From positions 20,853 through 84,852 of the forward strand of contig CAYPEI010000009.1 in assembly GCA_964409775.1 (NCBI GenBank): DNA of 64,000 bases, given 5' to 3'. Each line of letters opens with the position of its first letter. The first letter of the stretch is position 1. Of the stretch, positions 8,268 to 18,088 are shown in pieces. The notes under the pieces are model-generated. The model ran no database searches. It worked only from the letters and a program-made list of their open reading frames with translations, and was not told the DNA's origin. Source of the DNA: an uncultured Phycisphaeraceae bacterium. Lineage in GTDB: Bacteria > Planctomycetota > Phycisphaerae > Phycisphaerales > UBA1924. The position numbers were made by a program, and so were the translations under genes.

Positions 8268-8295
8268 GACCCGCCCCTATGGGCGGGTCTTTGTG
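8268..8295 (+). terminator. Hairpin terminator after tRNA-Pro
   Basis: Stem gacccgccc / gggcgggtc with loop ctat, followed by tttgtg. Confidence 0.55.
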
Positions 8296-8552
8296 CAACC
8301 GGACGGAAGTACTGAAGCCCGGCCTGTCTGCGAAGCCGCGGAAGAAGAGCACAACGACCCCGCTTGGCGATCACGCGCCCGGGTCAGGCGCGACTATGTC
8401 CATCGCGCCCTCGCGAACACACCGAGCGGCAGGCCAAGGGAGGCTGACGGGAGGAGTTGGTCTGTTGGATCGACCAAACTCGCCAACGGCGCCACAGTCC
8501 TGTCCCCGCGCGGGTCTGCGAGCGCGTGGCTGATGGCGGCGCTTCGGTGCGA

Positions 8553-8915
8553 CTACTTGGACTCGACGATCGTCTTGAACCCGCCGTACGAGAAACGCTT
8601 CATGTCAAAGGGCATGTCGTTGGGGTCACACATGCCGGCGAGACGCGGGTCCTTCATGACCTTGGCGTTGATCTTGTTCCGGTCGGCCTTGGACTTGTAG
8701 ACGATCCACGAGAAGATGACGGTTTCATTGGCCTTTGCGCCGGCGAGTTTGGTGAAGGGCACGCCGAACTTTGCTTTCAGATCATCGCCGATGCACTCGC
8801 GGTATTCGAGAGCACCCAACTCCATCCAGACTTTGCAGCCCACTTTGGCCATCTTCTTGTACTTGGCGAGATTCTTCTTGGGCATGACAATGACGAATCC
8901 GTCGACGTAGGCCAT
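8553..8915 (-). CDS. DUF1428 family protein (YbaA-like)
   Basis: MAYVDGFVIVMP...VIFSWIVYKSKADRN...MPFDMKRFSYGGF aligns along its whole length with my recollection of E. coli YbaA. The start is taken at ATG 8915. Confidence 0.9.
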   Translation of the reverse strand: MAYVDGFVIVMPKKNLAKYKKMAKVGCKVWMELGALEYRECIGDDLKAKFGVPFTKLAGAKANETVIFSWIVYKSKADRNKINAKVMKDPRLAGMCDPNDMPFDMKRFSYGGFKTIVESK

Positions 8916-9047
8916 GGCAAAGCTCCGTGAAACGCTCGACTCTCTGGACCGGGCAGATTGGCGAACAGTCGGCATGAGTGTAACGGAAGACGCGGGTCTG
9001 AGCCGGGAGCCGGAGGCTCGGGCGGCTCGCGTGCGTGCAGAGGGTCT

Positions 9048-12017
9048 CTAGTTCCCCGGCGCCTGATACGGCGCCTTGAGCCGGTACGTCCCGGAACCGA
9101 CTTTCAACACGACCCCGGCGGAGGTCTGTGCGGTGGCCAGGATGCCGTCGATGCGGTCAAGGCTTCGTTCCGACTCCCGGATATCCCGCGGAGTCGCGGT
9201 GGGAATCGAAACGAGCGCGACGGTGTTCGGCGGGACGGTCAGGTTGAGGCTGAATAAGCCGCCCTGCACGGCCCAGTCGCTGGAAATGGAGCCATGGATT
9301 GAGCGGTAGGTCGCCCGCGCTTCGGTGATGGCACCCTCCGTCCGGGGGTGAATCGAGATCTGCTCGAATCCGCTCTTTCCAGCGGGCTGCGAAATCCCGG
9401 CAACGCCTTCGAACAGCCACTGCCCGCAGGAGCCGAGCGCGTAGTGATTGAAGGAGTTCATTCCGATGTCCGGGTGTGGACCCGTCTCGGGTGTGTAGCC
9501 GTCCCAACGCTCCCAGATCGTCGTCGCACCGTGCTTCACCGAGTACAACCAGGACGGAAAGTCGTCCTGCAGCAGCAGCCGGTACGCGATATCGGGGCGA
9601 CCGTTGTTGCTCAACACGGGCAACAGGTGACTCACGCCGACGAATCCGGTGGAGAGTCTGTCTCCTTTGGCACGCACATCGTCGACGAGGTACTTCAGCG
9701 CGGAAGCGCGGTGTTCTTCCGACAGCAGGTCGAAGCGCAGACCGAGGATGTAGACCGTCTGCGTATCGCCCTTGATGCGGCCGTCCGGTGCCACATACGC
9801 GGCGTTGAACGCGGCCCGGATGGCCTCGAAGAGACGCTGGTACTTCTCGGCGTCCGCTCTACGTCCAAGCACGCGAAGGCTGCGTGCGACGAGGTCCGTC
9901 GAGTGAGCGAAGTATGCGGTCCCGAGCACATCCTTCGGCGTGTCCGCTTTGATCGACAGCCAGTCGCCGTAGTCGTTGCCGCGGTCGCGGTCGCGCAGCA
10001 GCCCGGTGCTGTGCTCGCGGCACCACTCCACCCACCGGATCATGGAGTCGATACTGCGCTCCAGCAGTCGCTTATCGCCGTACGTCTCGTACATCAGCCA
10101 TGGCACGATCATTCCCGCATCCGCCCACGCCGGTGTGCCGTAGGTGAGGCCGCGGGTGACGGGGGCGACATCGGAGTGCGCCCCATCCTCCCGCTGGGCG
10201 TCGATGACATCGGTCATCCACTTGGTCATGAACGCGGCGATATCGGCGTTGTACGCGGCGGTGGGGACGAAGACCTGCGTGTCCGCCATCCAGCCCATGC
10301 GTTCATCGCGCTGTGGGCAGTCGGTGGGGACGCTGAGGTAGTTGCCGCGCAGGCCCCAGACGATGTTGGACTGCAGTTGGTTGATGCGCGGGTCGGAACA
10401 CTCGAACGTTCCTGCCAGAGGCATGTCCGATGACAGCACAAGGCCCGTGACCGCGTCTGGCTGCGGCTCGGCGTCAAGCCCCGTGAGTTCGACGTATCGG
10501 AACCCGTGAAAAGTGAAACGCGGCTGCCAGGTGAACTCGTCGGCGCCGGCGGGCGTGTAGGTGTCGATCGAGGGCGCGCCCCGGAGGTTGGCTGCGTAGA
10601 GCGTGCCATCGGGGTTGAGCATCTCGCCGTGGCGGATCGTGATGGCCTGACCGGCGCGGGAATGGAATTTCAACCGAACGACGCCGACCATGTTCTGCCC
10701 AAGGTCGAACACCCACGCGCCCGGAGTTGGTTGTTTGACGCTGCGAGCCGGCAACTCGGCGACGATCCGCACCGGCTCCGAGACGTCGGTCTGCAGGTTG
10801 CGATGCTCATCGCGAACCGCCGCGCCGGACCATTGCGAATCATCGAGCCCCGGAGCGTTCCAGCCTGCGATCTCGTGTCGAGCGTCGTAGGTCTCGCCTT
10901 TCATGATGTCGGCCATGAGCAACGGGCCTGCATGAACCTTCCACGACTCGTCGGTCGTGATGCGCTCGGTGGTGCCATCGGCGTAGGTGATCTCGAGTTG
11001 CGCGAGCAGGGCCGGCGAGTCGCCGTAGAACTTGCTGATGCCGAACAATCCGGCGCGGCCGCAGAACCAGCCCGGGCCGACGAGCGCCCCGAGCACATTG
11101 CGGCCTTGGGAGAGTTGCGAGGTGACGTCATAGGCCTGATACCGGACGCGTTTGCGATAGTCGGTCCACCCTGGGGAAAGATGCGATGCGCCCACTCGCT
11201 GGCCGTTGAGCGAGATCTCGTACACGCCCAGGGCGGTGGCGTAGAGCCTCGCACGGGAAACGGGCTTGCTGATGTCAAAGCCCCGTCGAAGGTAGGGGGG
11301 GCGTCCCGTCGGCAGGGAGAGTGTCTGGTTCTCTCCTGCCTCGGCCGCGTGCCCTGCGCCCTCGTAGGTGTACTCGACGCGCAGGCGTTTGCGCTTGCCA
11401 AACGCCGGGTCGCCACCGAGGTTCTGGTTGTTCACGACCAGGTCGCCGCCGCGTCCGCCGAGCAGACGGGAAACGTCCTTGGTCACGTCTCTGCTCGTCG
11501 TGCCATCTTCGGTGGCATAGGTTGCACGGGTGATACCGAGTTCAACCGGACCAGGACCCGCTTCGATCCACCGGGCGCTCCAGTCGTCGGGCGCGAGCAG
11601 GCCCATCTCCCACACGGTGGGCGCGCTCCAGGCGCCTGCGCGGCCGTCGCGGTCCCATGCACGCACCTTCCAGTGGCATGCTTGGCGCGAGGCAAGCGGC
11701 CGGCCCGAGTACTCGATGTGGGCAGTCTGGTTGGACGCGACCCTGCCCGAATCCCACAGGTCGCCGCGGTCCTGCGCGAGGAGTTCAGCGCTCGAAGCAA
11801 CAAGGACTTGAAATGCGGTCTGGTGCTCCGAGCGGCGATCGGCGTCGAGAAGCCAGTACAGGCGGGGGTGACGTTCTTCGATCGCGAGCGGGCTGGTGAG
11901 GTACTCGCAGCGCAACGAGTGGGGGAGGAGCGAGCCGCCTTCAGCGCGGGCTTCTGATGTTGCGAGCGCGCTCAGCACGCTCAAGATCCACGCGAGCGTG
12001 ATCACGAAATGGTGCAT
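9048..12017 (-). CDS. Alpha-L-rhamnosidase (GH78), secreted
   Basis: Signal peptide MHHFVITLAWILSVLSALATSEARA. It has the GH78 hallmarks FTFHGFRYVE and DCPQRDERMGWMAD. The track ORF extends upstream into the ggt gene, so it was trimmed to ATG 12017. Confidence 0.9.
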   Translation of the reverse strand: MHHFVITLAWILSVLSALATSEARAEGGSLLPHSLRCEYLTSPLAIEERHPRLYWLLDADRRSEHQTAFQVLVASSAELLAQDRGDLWDSGRVASNQTAHIEYSGRPLASRQACHWKVRAWDRDGRAGAWSAPTVWEMGLLAPDDWSARWIEAGPGPVELGITRATYATEDGTTSRDVTKDVSRLLGGRGGDLVVNNQNLGGDPAFGKRKRLRVEYTYEGAGHAAEAGENQTLSLPTGRPPYLRRGFDISKPVSRARLYATALGVYEISLNGQRVGASHLSPGWTDYRKRVRYQAYDVTSQLSQGRNVLGALVGPGWFCGRAGLFGISKFYGDSPALLAQLEITYADGTTERITTDESWKVHAGPLLMADIMKGETYDARHEIAGWNAPGLDDSQWSGAAVRDEHRNLQTDVSEPVRIVAELPARSVKQPTPGAWVFDLGQNMVGVVRLKFHSRAGQAITIRHGEMLNPDGTLYAANLRGAPSIDTYTPAGADEFTWQPRFTFHGFRYVELTGLDAEPQPDAVTGLVLSSDMPLAGTFECSDPRINQLQSNIVWGLRGNYLSVPTDCPQRDERMGWMADTQVFVPTAAYNADIAAFMTKWMTDVIDAQREDGAHSDVAPVTRGLTYGTPAWADAGMIVPWLMYETYGDKRLLERSIDSMIRWVEWCREHSTGLLRDRDRGNDYGDWLSIKADTPKDVLGTAYFAHSTDLVARSLRVLGRRADAEKYQRLFEAIRAAFNAAYVAPDGRIKGDTQTVYILGLRFDLLSEEHRASALKYLVDDVRAKGDRLSTGFVGVSHLLPVLSNNGRPDIAYRLLLQDDFPSWLYSVKHGATTIWERWDGYTPETGPHPDIGMNSFNHYALGSCGQWLFEGVAGISQPAGKSGFEQISIHPRTEGAITEARATYRSIHGSISSDWAVQGGLFSLNLTVPPNTVALVSIPTATPRDIRESERSLDRIDGILATAQTSAGVVLKVGSGTYRLKAPYQAPGN

Positions 12018-12063
12018 GCCGCACTTCCTTGGTCGAGTCCAGACGGACTGTACCGGGGCAGAT

Positions 12064-13779
12064 TCAAAACCCTGCCGCGTATCCGTCTTTGCGCGATTCC
12101 GAGGCGCCGATGAACACGCCGGTCTTCGGATCTCGCAGGATGGCCTGATAGCCGCCGAAGTAGGGCGTGGCGAGCGGCTTGATGATGTGGCCGCGGCGCT
12201 CAAGTTCTCGAATCGTTGATTCCGGGAAGCCCGGCTCGAGACTGAGAACTCCGCCATCCGCCATCGGGGTGACCATGCCCGCGGGCTCCGTGGAACCATC
12301 ATGGTGGATGCGAGGCGCATCTCCGGCCTGCTGCAGCGTCATGCCGAAGTCGATGAGGTTGATGACGATCTGTGCGTGACCCTGCGGCTGCATCGCCCCG
12401 CCCATCACGCCGAAACTCATCCAGGGCTTGTTGTCCTTGGTGATGAATGCCGGGATGATCGTGTGGAACGGTCGCTTGCCGGGCGCGAGCGCGTTGGGGT
12501 GAGCCGGGTCGAGGGCAAACTGCTCGCCTCGGTCCTGCAGCATGAACCCCAGGCCAGGGGGAGTCATCCCGCTGCCCATGCCCCGATAGTTGGACTGGAT
12601 CAGCGAGACCATCATTCCCTTCGAATCCGCGACCGTCAGATAGATCGTGTCTGTGCCGGCCGGGATTGCGCCGGGCTCGACGGTCAGCGACGCTTTGGAC
12701 ATGTCGATGCGGGTTCGTCGTTGGGCGGCATACTCATCGCTGACAAGCCGATCGACCGGTGCGTGGTAAAACGCCGGATCGGCATAGAAGCGGGCGCGGT
12801 CCTCGAACGCGAGTTTCTTGGCTTCGACGAAGGCGTGAACGTGGTCCGCGCTGCCGAACCCCATGGCCTTCAGGTCGTAGCCCTCAAGGATCTTGAGAAT
12901 CTGGAGCGCGGCAATGCCCTGGCCGTTCGGCGGGAGTTCCCACACGTCGTAGCCGCGGTAGTTCGCCGAGACCGGCTGAACCCACTCCCCCTTGTGCGCA
13001 GCAAAGTCCGCGGCGGCCAGCACGCCACCCTGTTCGGCGATGTACTTCTCGATGATCGCGGGAACTTCACCTGAGTAGAACCCGTCACGCCCTTTCGCGG
13101 CGATTCTCTCCAGCGTTGACGCCAGGTGCTGGTTGCGCCAAATCTCCCCCGCGGCAGGTGGCCGTCCATCGATCGTGAACTGCTCCTTGAATCCGGGCAT
13201 GTCGGCCAGGACGCGGGCGTTCGCGGCCCAGCCGGCGGCGATGACCGGAGTCACGGGAAAGCCGCCGCGGGCATAGGCGATCGCCGGCGCGAGGACTTGC
13301 TTCATGGGCAGACTGCCGAATCGCTCGTGGAGAGCGAACCAACCGTCCACGCAACCCGGGACAGTGACCGGGAGCGGACCATGCGACGGAAGGGCCGTCA
13401 GACCTCGAGACTTCACAAGGTCGATGGTCAAGGCCGCCGGTGCGCGTCCTGATCCGTTGTATCCCACGAGATTTCCCGACCGCGGCGACCAGACCATCGC
13501 AAACAGGTCGCCCCCGACACCGCAACCCGTGGGTTCCATGAGTCCCAGCGCGGCGTTCGCGGCGATCGCCGCATCAACCGCCGTCCCGCCCTGTTTCAGA
13601 ACGTCCAGGGCGATCTGGGTGGCCAGTGGGTGGCTGGTCGCGGCCATCCCATGTGTTGCAAACGCCTCCGATCGCGTCGCGCGAGGAAGCGGTGGAGGCG
13701 AAGGCGGTTCTGTCGGAGCCGTCGCGTGGGCGGTCATCAGGATCATGGTGTGCAACACGAAGGCCAGAGCGTGAGACAT
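12064..13779 (-). CDS. ggt: Gamma-glutamyltransferase
   Basis: Signal peptide from MSHALAFVLHTMILMTAHA. Conserved blocks are GGTAVDAAIAA, GGDLFA, DTIYLTVAD (nucleophile Thr region), GKRPFHTIIP and GVMGGAMQPQGH. Confidence 0.92.
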   Translation of the reverse strand: MSHALAFVLHTMILMTAHATAPTEPPSPPPLPRATRSEAFATHGMAATSHPLATQIALDVLKQGGTAVDAAIAANAALGLMEPTGCGVGGDLFAMVWSPRSGNLVGYNGSGRAPAALTIDLVKSRGLTALPSHGPLPVTVPGCVDGWFALHERFGSLPMKQVLAPAIAYARGGFPVTPVIAAGWAANARVLADMPGFKEQFTIDGRPPAAGEIWRNQHLASTLERIAAKGRDGFYSGEVPAIIEKYIAEQGGVLAAADFAAHKGEWVQPVSANYRGYDVWELPPNGQGIAALQILKILEGYDLKAMGFGSADHVHAFVEAKKLAFEDRARFYADPAFYHAPVDRLVSDEYAAQRRTRIDMSKASLTVEPGAIPAGTDTIYLTVADSKGMMVSLIQSNYRGMGSGMTPPGLGFMLQDRGEQFALDPAHPNALAPGKRPFHTIIPAFITKDNKPWMSFGVMGGAMQPQGHAQIVINLIDFGMTLQQAGDAPRIHHDGSTEPAGMVTPMADGGVLSLEPGFPESTIRELERRGHIIKPLATPYFGGYQAILRDPKTGVFIGASESRKDGYAAGF

Positions 13780-14028
13780 GCGGTTCCTCGGGAGCGGTGT
13801 GTCCAGTCTACACGAATGTCGCCCGGCCGGCCCGGCCGACGAAAGGTCTGGCGGGCAACCGGCGCACCTGGGCGTGCTCACCAATGGCTGCTTCTGTTGC
13901 GCACAACTCGAGGGGGTCGACGTGTCGTGCAGGCGGGGCACTCGACCGGCTCAGCGCCAACCTCGTCGAACTTGCTCGCGATGATTCGCCGGCGATCGAC
14001 ACCCGCTGGAGAACGTGCGGTATTCCGG

Positions 14029-16089
14029 TTAGACGGCCAAAGGACGTTGCGCAAGCCAGGTCGAGCAGGTCGAGATCAGGCGAGTGCGATCGATCGGCTT
14101 CGTGAGGTAGTCATCGCAGCCGACGTCGAGACACTTGGCACGATCCGACTCCATCGCGTGCGCTGTGAGCGCGATGATCGGCGTGGTAACGCCGGACGAT
14201 CGCAGGCGGCGGGTTGCCTCATAGCCGTCGAGTTCAGGCATCTGCATGTCCATCAGGATCAGATCGAAGGGCTTCCCGATGCGTTGGCCATCGAGCACCG
14301 CCTCGCACGCAGCCAGTCCGTTGGGCACGATCTCCACGGACAGTCCCGCTCGCGAGAGGATGATCTTGAGCAGACGTTGATTGTCGCTGCCGTCCTCGGC
14401 AAGCAACAACCGACCGCTCAACGGTACCCCTGCACCTTCCGGACCACTCCTGCCTGGGGCCGGAGCGGACACTTCCGGGATCAACTCAGTTGCTGGGGCT
14501 TCGGCGACCGGCAGTTCGAGCGTGAACGTGCTCCCCTCGCCGGGCTCGCTCCGAACCGACAGCGTGCACCCGAGCATCTCTGCGAGGCGCCGCGAGATGG
14601 CAAGCCCCAGGCCTGTTCCGCCGTGCTTCCTGGTCGTCGACGCGTCAGCCTGCGTGAAGGGCCGAAAGAGGCGTCCGACCTGCTCGGGGGTCATTCCCAT
14701 GCCCGTGTCCCGCACGTCGATGACGGCACAGGATCCGAGCCGACGCACGGTGATCACGACCGACCCTCGCTCGGTGAACTTGATCGCATTCCCCACGAGA
14801 TTCATCAGAATCTGCCGCAGCCGGAACGCGTCGGAGTGGACCACCAACTCCGCGGTTTCGCCGAACTCGACCTTGAGGCACAGGTCCTTTGCGCTAGCAC
14901 GAACCCGCATCGTGGACTCGACCTCCGAAACCACCGAGGCGAGCCGGAACGTCGACCGCTCGATGCTGAACTTGCCCGCTTCGATCTTTGACAGGTCGAG
15001 GATGTCGTTGATCAGTTCAAGCAGGTGATCGCCGTTGCGGCGGATGATCTGAACGAACTGCCGTCGGTCTTCCTCCGTGATCCCGGCGTCGTCCAACAGG
15101 TCGGCATAGCCGAGGATCGCCGTCATCGGCGTTCGGATCTCGTGGCTCATGTTCGCCAGGAAGTCGCTCTTGGCCTTGCTCGCGGCCTCCGCGGCAGACT
15201 TCGCAGACGCCAGTTCGGCCGCGCGCTGCTCGAGCAGGCTGTTCTGACTGTCCATCGCTTCGGCCTGACGTCGTAACAGTTCGCCCGTTCGCCGGCTCTC
15301 GTTGATGTGACGCAGGTACCCGATCTGCAGCAGCGCCGCAGCGGCGATGATGGTCAGAATCACCGCGACGTAGGCCGTGATGCCAAGCCGGGCCCGGTCG
15401 ATGGCCGACTCCCATTGCTTGGCCGGAAAGTCGACACCGAGCACGCCCTCGATCCCGCCCCGACCGTCGTAAAGCGGAACAAACGCCGAGACCCAGGTGC
15501 CCCAACGGTCAGAGACCGGGACATCGTCAAAGACACTCGTGCCCGAAAGGGCCGCATCGAGTTTCTCGATGGAGTGCTCGTAGACCTCGCCGATCGCGGT
15601 GCGTTGCTCGCGATCCCCGTCGTACGAACCGTCCCGGTCGTAGTCGGTCTCCGAATCCACGATCAGGCACCAGCGGCCGGCCGAGTCCTTCCGGAAGGTG
15701 TAGATGTCGGCCACCGCGGGGTTCGCGGCGAGCCAGCGTTTCTCCGCTTCGATCAGTTCAAGGTAGAGCGGATCATCGGGGGCGGCATCTGACGCAAGCC
15801 GCCAGTGTTCAAGGGCCCGCATCTCGCTCGCGTAGGTCGGCGCAATCCCTTCCAGCGAGCGTCGCAGGGCCGATGTCGCGTCGCGCCCCTTCGCAACGAC
15901 CAGAACCGAGCCGCCGAGAAGCACCACGAGCATGAGCGCCGAGGCCGCCGCGGCAGACTTCGCTCCCGCCCGCAGTCGTCGAGACCAGACGTGGATGGAA
16001 ACCACTGCGACGAGCGCGCAGCACCAGAGCAGGAGGAGGTCTGGTGCAAACACTTGTGACAGCTCGACATGCATGGTCGGCCCCGGCAT
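14029..16089 (-). CDS. Hybrid sensor histidine kinase / response regulator
   Basis: Two TM segments flank a periplasmic sensor region. It has the H-box SHEIRTPM, the HATPase blocks NLVGNAIKFT and DTGMGM...GGTGLGLAI, and a C-terminal receiver (LLAEDGSDNQ, DLILMDMQMPELDG, ALTAHA). An alternative start is MHVEL at 16074. Confidence 0.9.
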   Translation of the reverse strand: MPGPTMHVELSQVFAPDLLLLWCCALVAVVSIHVWSRRLRAGAKSAAAASALMLVVLLGGSVLVVAKGRDATSALRRSLEGIAPTYASEMRALEHWRLASDAAPDDPLYLELIEAEKRWLAANPAVADIYTFRKDSAGRWCLIVDSETDYDRDGSYDGDREQRTAIGEVYEHSIEKLDAALSGTSVFDDVPVSDRWGTWVSAFVPLYDGRGGIEGVLGVDFPAKQWESAIDRARLGITAYVAVILTIIAAAALLQIGYLRHINESRRTGELLRRQAEAMDSQNSLLEQRAAELASAKSAAEAASKAKSDFLANMSHEIRTPMTAILGYADLLDDAGITEEDRRQFVQIIRRNGDHLLELINDILDLSKIEAGKFSIERSTFRLASVVSEVESTMRVRASAKDLCLKVEFGETAELVVHSDAFRLRQILMNLVGNAIKFTERGSVVITVRRLGSCAVIDVRDTGMGMTPEQVGRLFRPFTQADASTTRKHGGTGLGLAISRRLAEMLGCTLSVRSEPGEGSTFTLELPVAEAPATELIPEVSAPAPGRSGPEGAGVPLSGRLLLAEDGSDNQRLLKIILSRAGLSVEIVPNGLAACEAVLDGQRIGKPFDLILMDMQMPELDGYEATRRLRSSGVTTPIIALTAHAMESDRAKCLDVGCDDYLTKPIDRTRLISTCSTWLAQRPLAV

Positions 16090-16275
16090 GCCTGCAGTTG
16101 CCGCGCAGGCTGAATCAGGAGATTCGACCGATCATGGCGCGCTCATCAATCGGGTTCGCAAATGCGGTTGGAGGGGGCTCGCCGGCCTCGCCGCGATGGT
16201 CCGATAAGCGATACATCAGCGGGCTTCGGTTCGGCCCTGTCCGCTGAACGCCTCGTGAGATCCTCGGAGGGGACC

Positions 16276-17895
16276 CTACACCCGGGCGCGAAGCCACCCA
16301 CCGTGGAGGTATCGCGCGCCGAACATCATCGAGCGGATCACGATCTCTCCGCAGAGCCCGGCCCACAGCATCCACAGGCTTGGAGAGTCATGGAACGGAT
16401 TCGCAAGAATGCCGCCACCCGGCAGCGGGATGTCGACTCCCGAGCACGCATACGCGAGCGGAAGACGCACCGCGTACGTGGCGATCCAGGTCAGCCACAT
16501 CACCACCTTCGCATCGCCCGCCCCGCGCAGCGCCGAGCGCAGGACGATGCTGATCCCGAACGGGATCTGCACCAGCCCCGTAATGAAAATCAACCGGGGA
16601 ACCTGCTCCAGGTGTGTCGGCTGTCCGGTGATCAGCGAGACGATCCAGCGCGGTGCCAGCACGAACGCCACCCCCGCGACCCCCATGAACACAATCGTCA
16701 CGAGCGTGCATCGCTTGACCGCACGCCGGGCAGAGTCCGGGCTGCCGGCGCCGAGATACTGACCGGCAAGCGTTGCCGCGGCGGCTCCCATCGCGAACCC
16801 CGGGAGGAAACTGAAGGCCTCGATTCTGATCGCGACGATGTGTGCGCCCATCAGCCCCCCGCGGACCGCGTTTCCGTCGGCCGTGAACCCCGTTCCGGCG
16901 CCGGCGGTGACGGTCAGCCAGCCCACCATCAGAATGATGAGGAAGTTCCCGGCCCACATCCCGAGCGTCTCGAAGAAGTTCGGGAGCCCCACGGCGATGA
17001 GGCGTCGCATCGTGTGCCAGTGGGGTCTGAGGCGGTGCCGCTTGAGCCGCACGACCGACGAACCGCGGACCAGAATTGCCAGCACGATGGCCGCACCGAC
17101 GTACTCTCCAATGACGGTTCCCCAGGCGATGCCGCCGATCCGGAGCCTGAAGCCGAACGGGTTCTGCCAGAGAATCTCGGAAACCGGGTTTCCATCAACA
17201 AATCTCGTTCGAACAAGATCGACGCCCGACATCGCCCATGAAGCGAGGATGTTCACGATGTTGACGACCACCATCGCCATCAGTGGTCGAACCGAGTCTC
17301 CTGCACCCCGCGCGCAAGCGATGCCCGCGGCGAGCACCGACAGAGCCGGAACGCCGATCGCACACACGCGGATATAGGTCCGGAATCCCTCCGCCGCCGC
17401 GCCGGTCAGGTTCATCACATGAGACATCGGCCCGGCCATCGCCGCGACCAGTGCGCCGGTCATCACGCCCGTGACGACCGCGAGGATCATGGTCTGCCCG
17501 GTCGCGGCGTGCGCGACAGCCAGCCTTGAACCGCCCACCGCGCGGCTCACGAGAGCGGTCGCGCCCACGCTGATCGCCATCGCGACCAGACCCACGAACC
17601 ACAAGATGTACGATGCGCCGCCAATGGCATCCGTCGCGGCCTCGGAGAGTTGCGCCGACAGAAACGTGTCCGTCAGACCGACAAGCGACTGCAACGAACT
17701 TTCCGCCATGATGGGCCACGAAAGCGTCCAGATCGCGGCGGTCATCGTGAGCCCGGCGAGTTTCCCGCTCCGCAGCGAACCGTCCGGATTGAGCCCGCTC
17801 CCGCCGCGAGCCGACCGCGGCTCCGCCGGTTCGATGGCCTCGGGCGCGGCAATCCCCGATCCACCGATCGCCGGACCGGCCAACGGATCGGTCAT
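16276..17895 (-). CDS. MATE family efflux transporter
   Basis: About 12 predicted TM helices with MATE-like blocks (LSEAATDAIGGASY, LAGQYLGAG). The start is taken at MTDPLAG (ATG 17895). The upstream part of the track ORF would overlap the proS start region. Confidence 0.85.
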   Translation of the reverse strand: MTDPLAGPAIGGSGIAAPEAIEPAEPRSARGGSGLNPDGSLRSGKLAGLTMTAAIWTLSWPIMAESSLQSLVGLTDTFLSAQLSEAATDAIGGASYILWFVGLVAMAISVGATALVSRAVGGSRLAVAHAATGQTMILAVVTGVMTGALVAAMAGPMSHVMNLTGAAAEGFRTYIRVCAIGVPALSVLAAGIACARGAGDSVRPLMAMVVVNIVNILASWAMSGVDLVRTRFVDGNPVSEILWQNPFGFRLRIGGIAWGTVIGEYVGAAIVLAILVRGSSVVRLKRHRLRPHWHTMRRLIAVGLPNFFETLGMWAGNFLIILMVGWLTVTAGAGTGFTADGNAVRGGLMGAHIVAIRIEAFSFLPGFAMGAAAATLAGQYLGAGSPDSARRAVKRCTLVTIVFMGVAGVAFVLAPRWIVSLITGQPTHLEQVPRLIFITGLVQIPFGISIVLRSALRGAGDAKVVMWLTWIATYAVRLPLAYACSGVDIPLPGGGILANPFHDSPSLWMLWAGLCGEIVIRSMMFGARYLHGGWLRARV

Positions 17896-18088
17896 GTCGG
17901 GATTCGGGTGCTGGCGCTCGGGATGAGTGGGGGGCTTGGACAACGTGTGGAGGCATCCGTGCCGAGGAAGACTGCTCCTGCTGGTCAGCAGGGGCTGCCG
18001 GGCGATTCGATTGTTGGCACCGTCGTCGGGCCACGCGATTCCCGTGGTCTGCATGCGTGCCCACCCGCCCTTCCTACACTCCCGCCCT

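Noticed and set aside
8259-8552. A possible integration site or genomic island at tRNA-Pro.
   Set aside because: No integrase, no recognisable duplication of the tRNA 3' end, and no mobile genes lie downstream. The next gene is a conserved DUF1428 protein.
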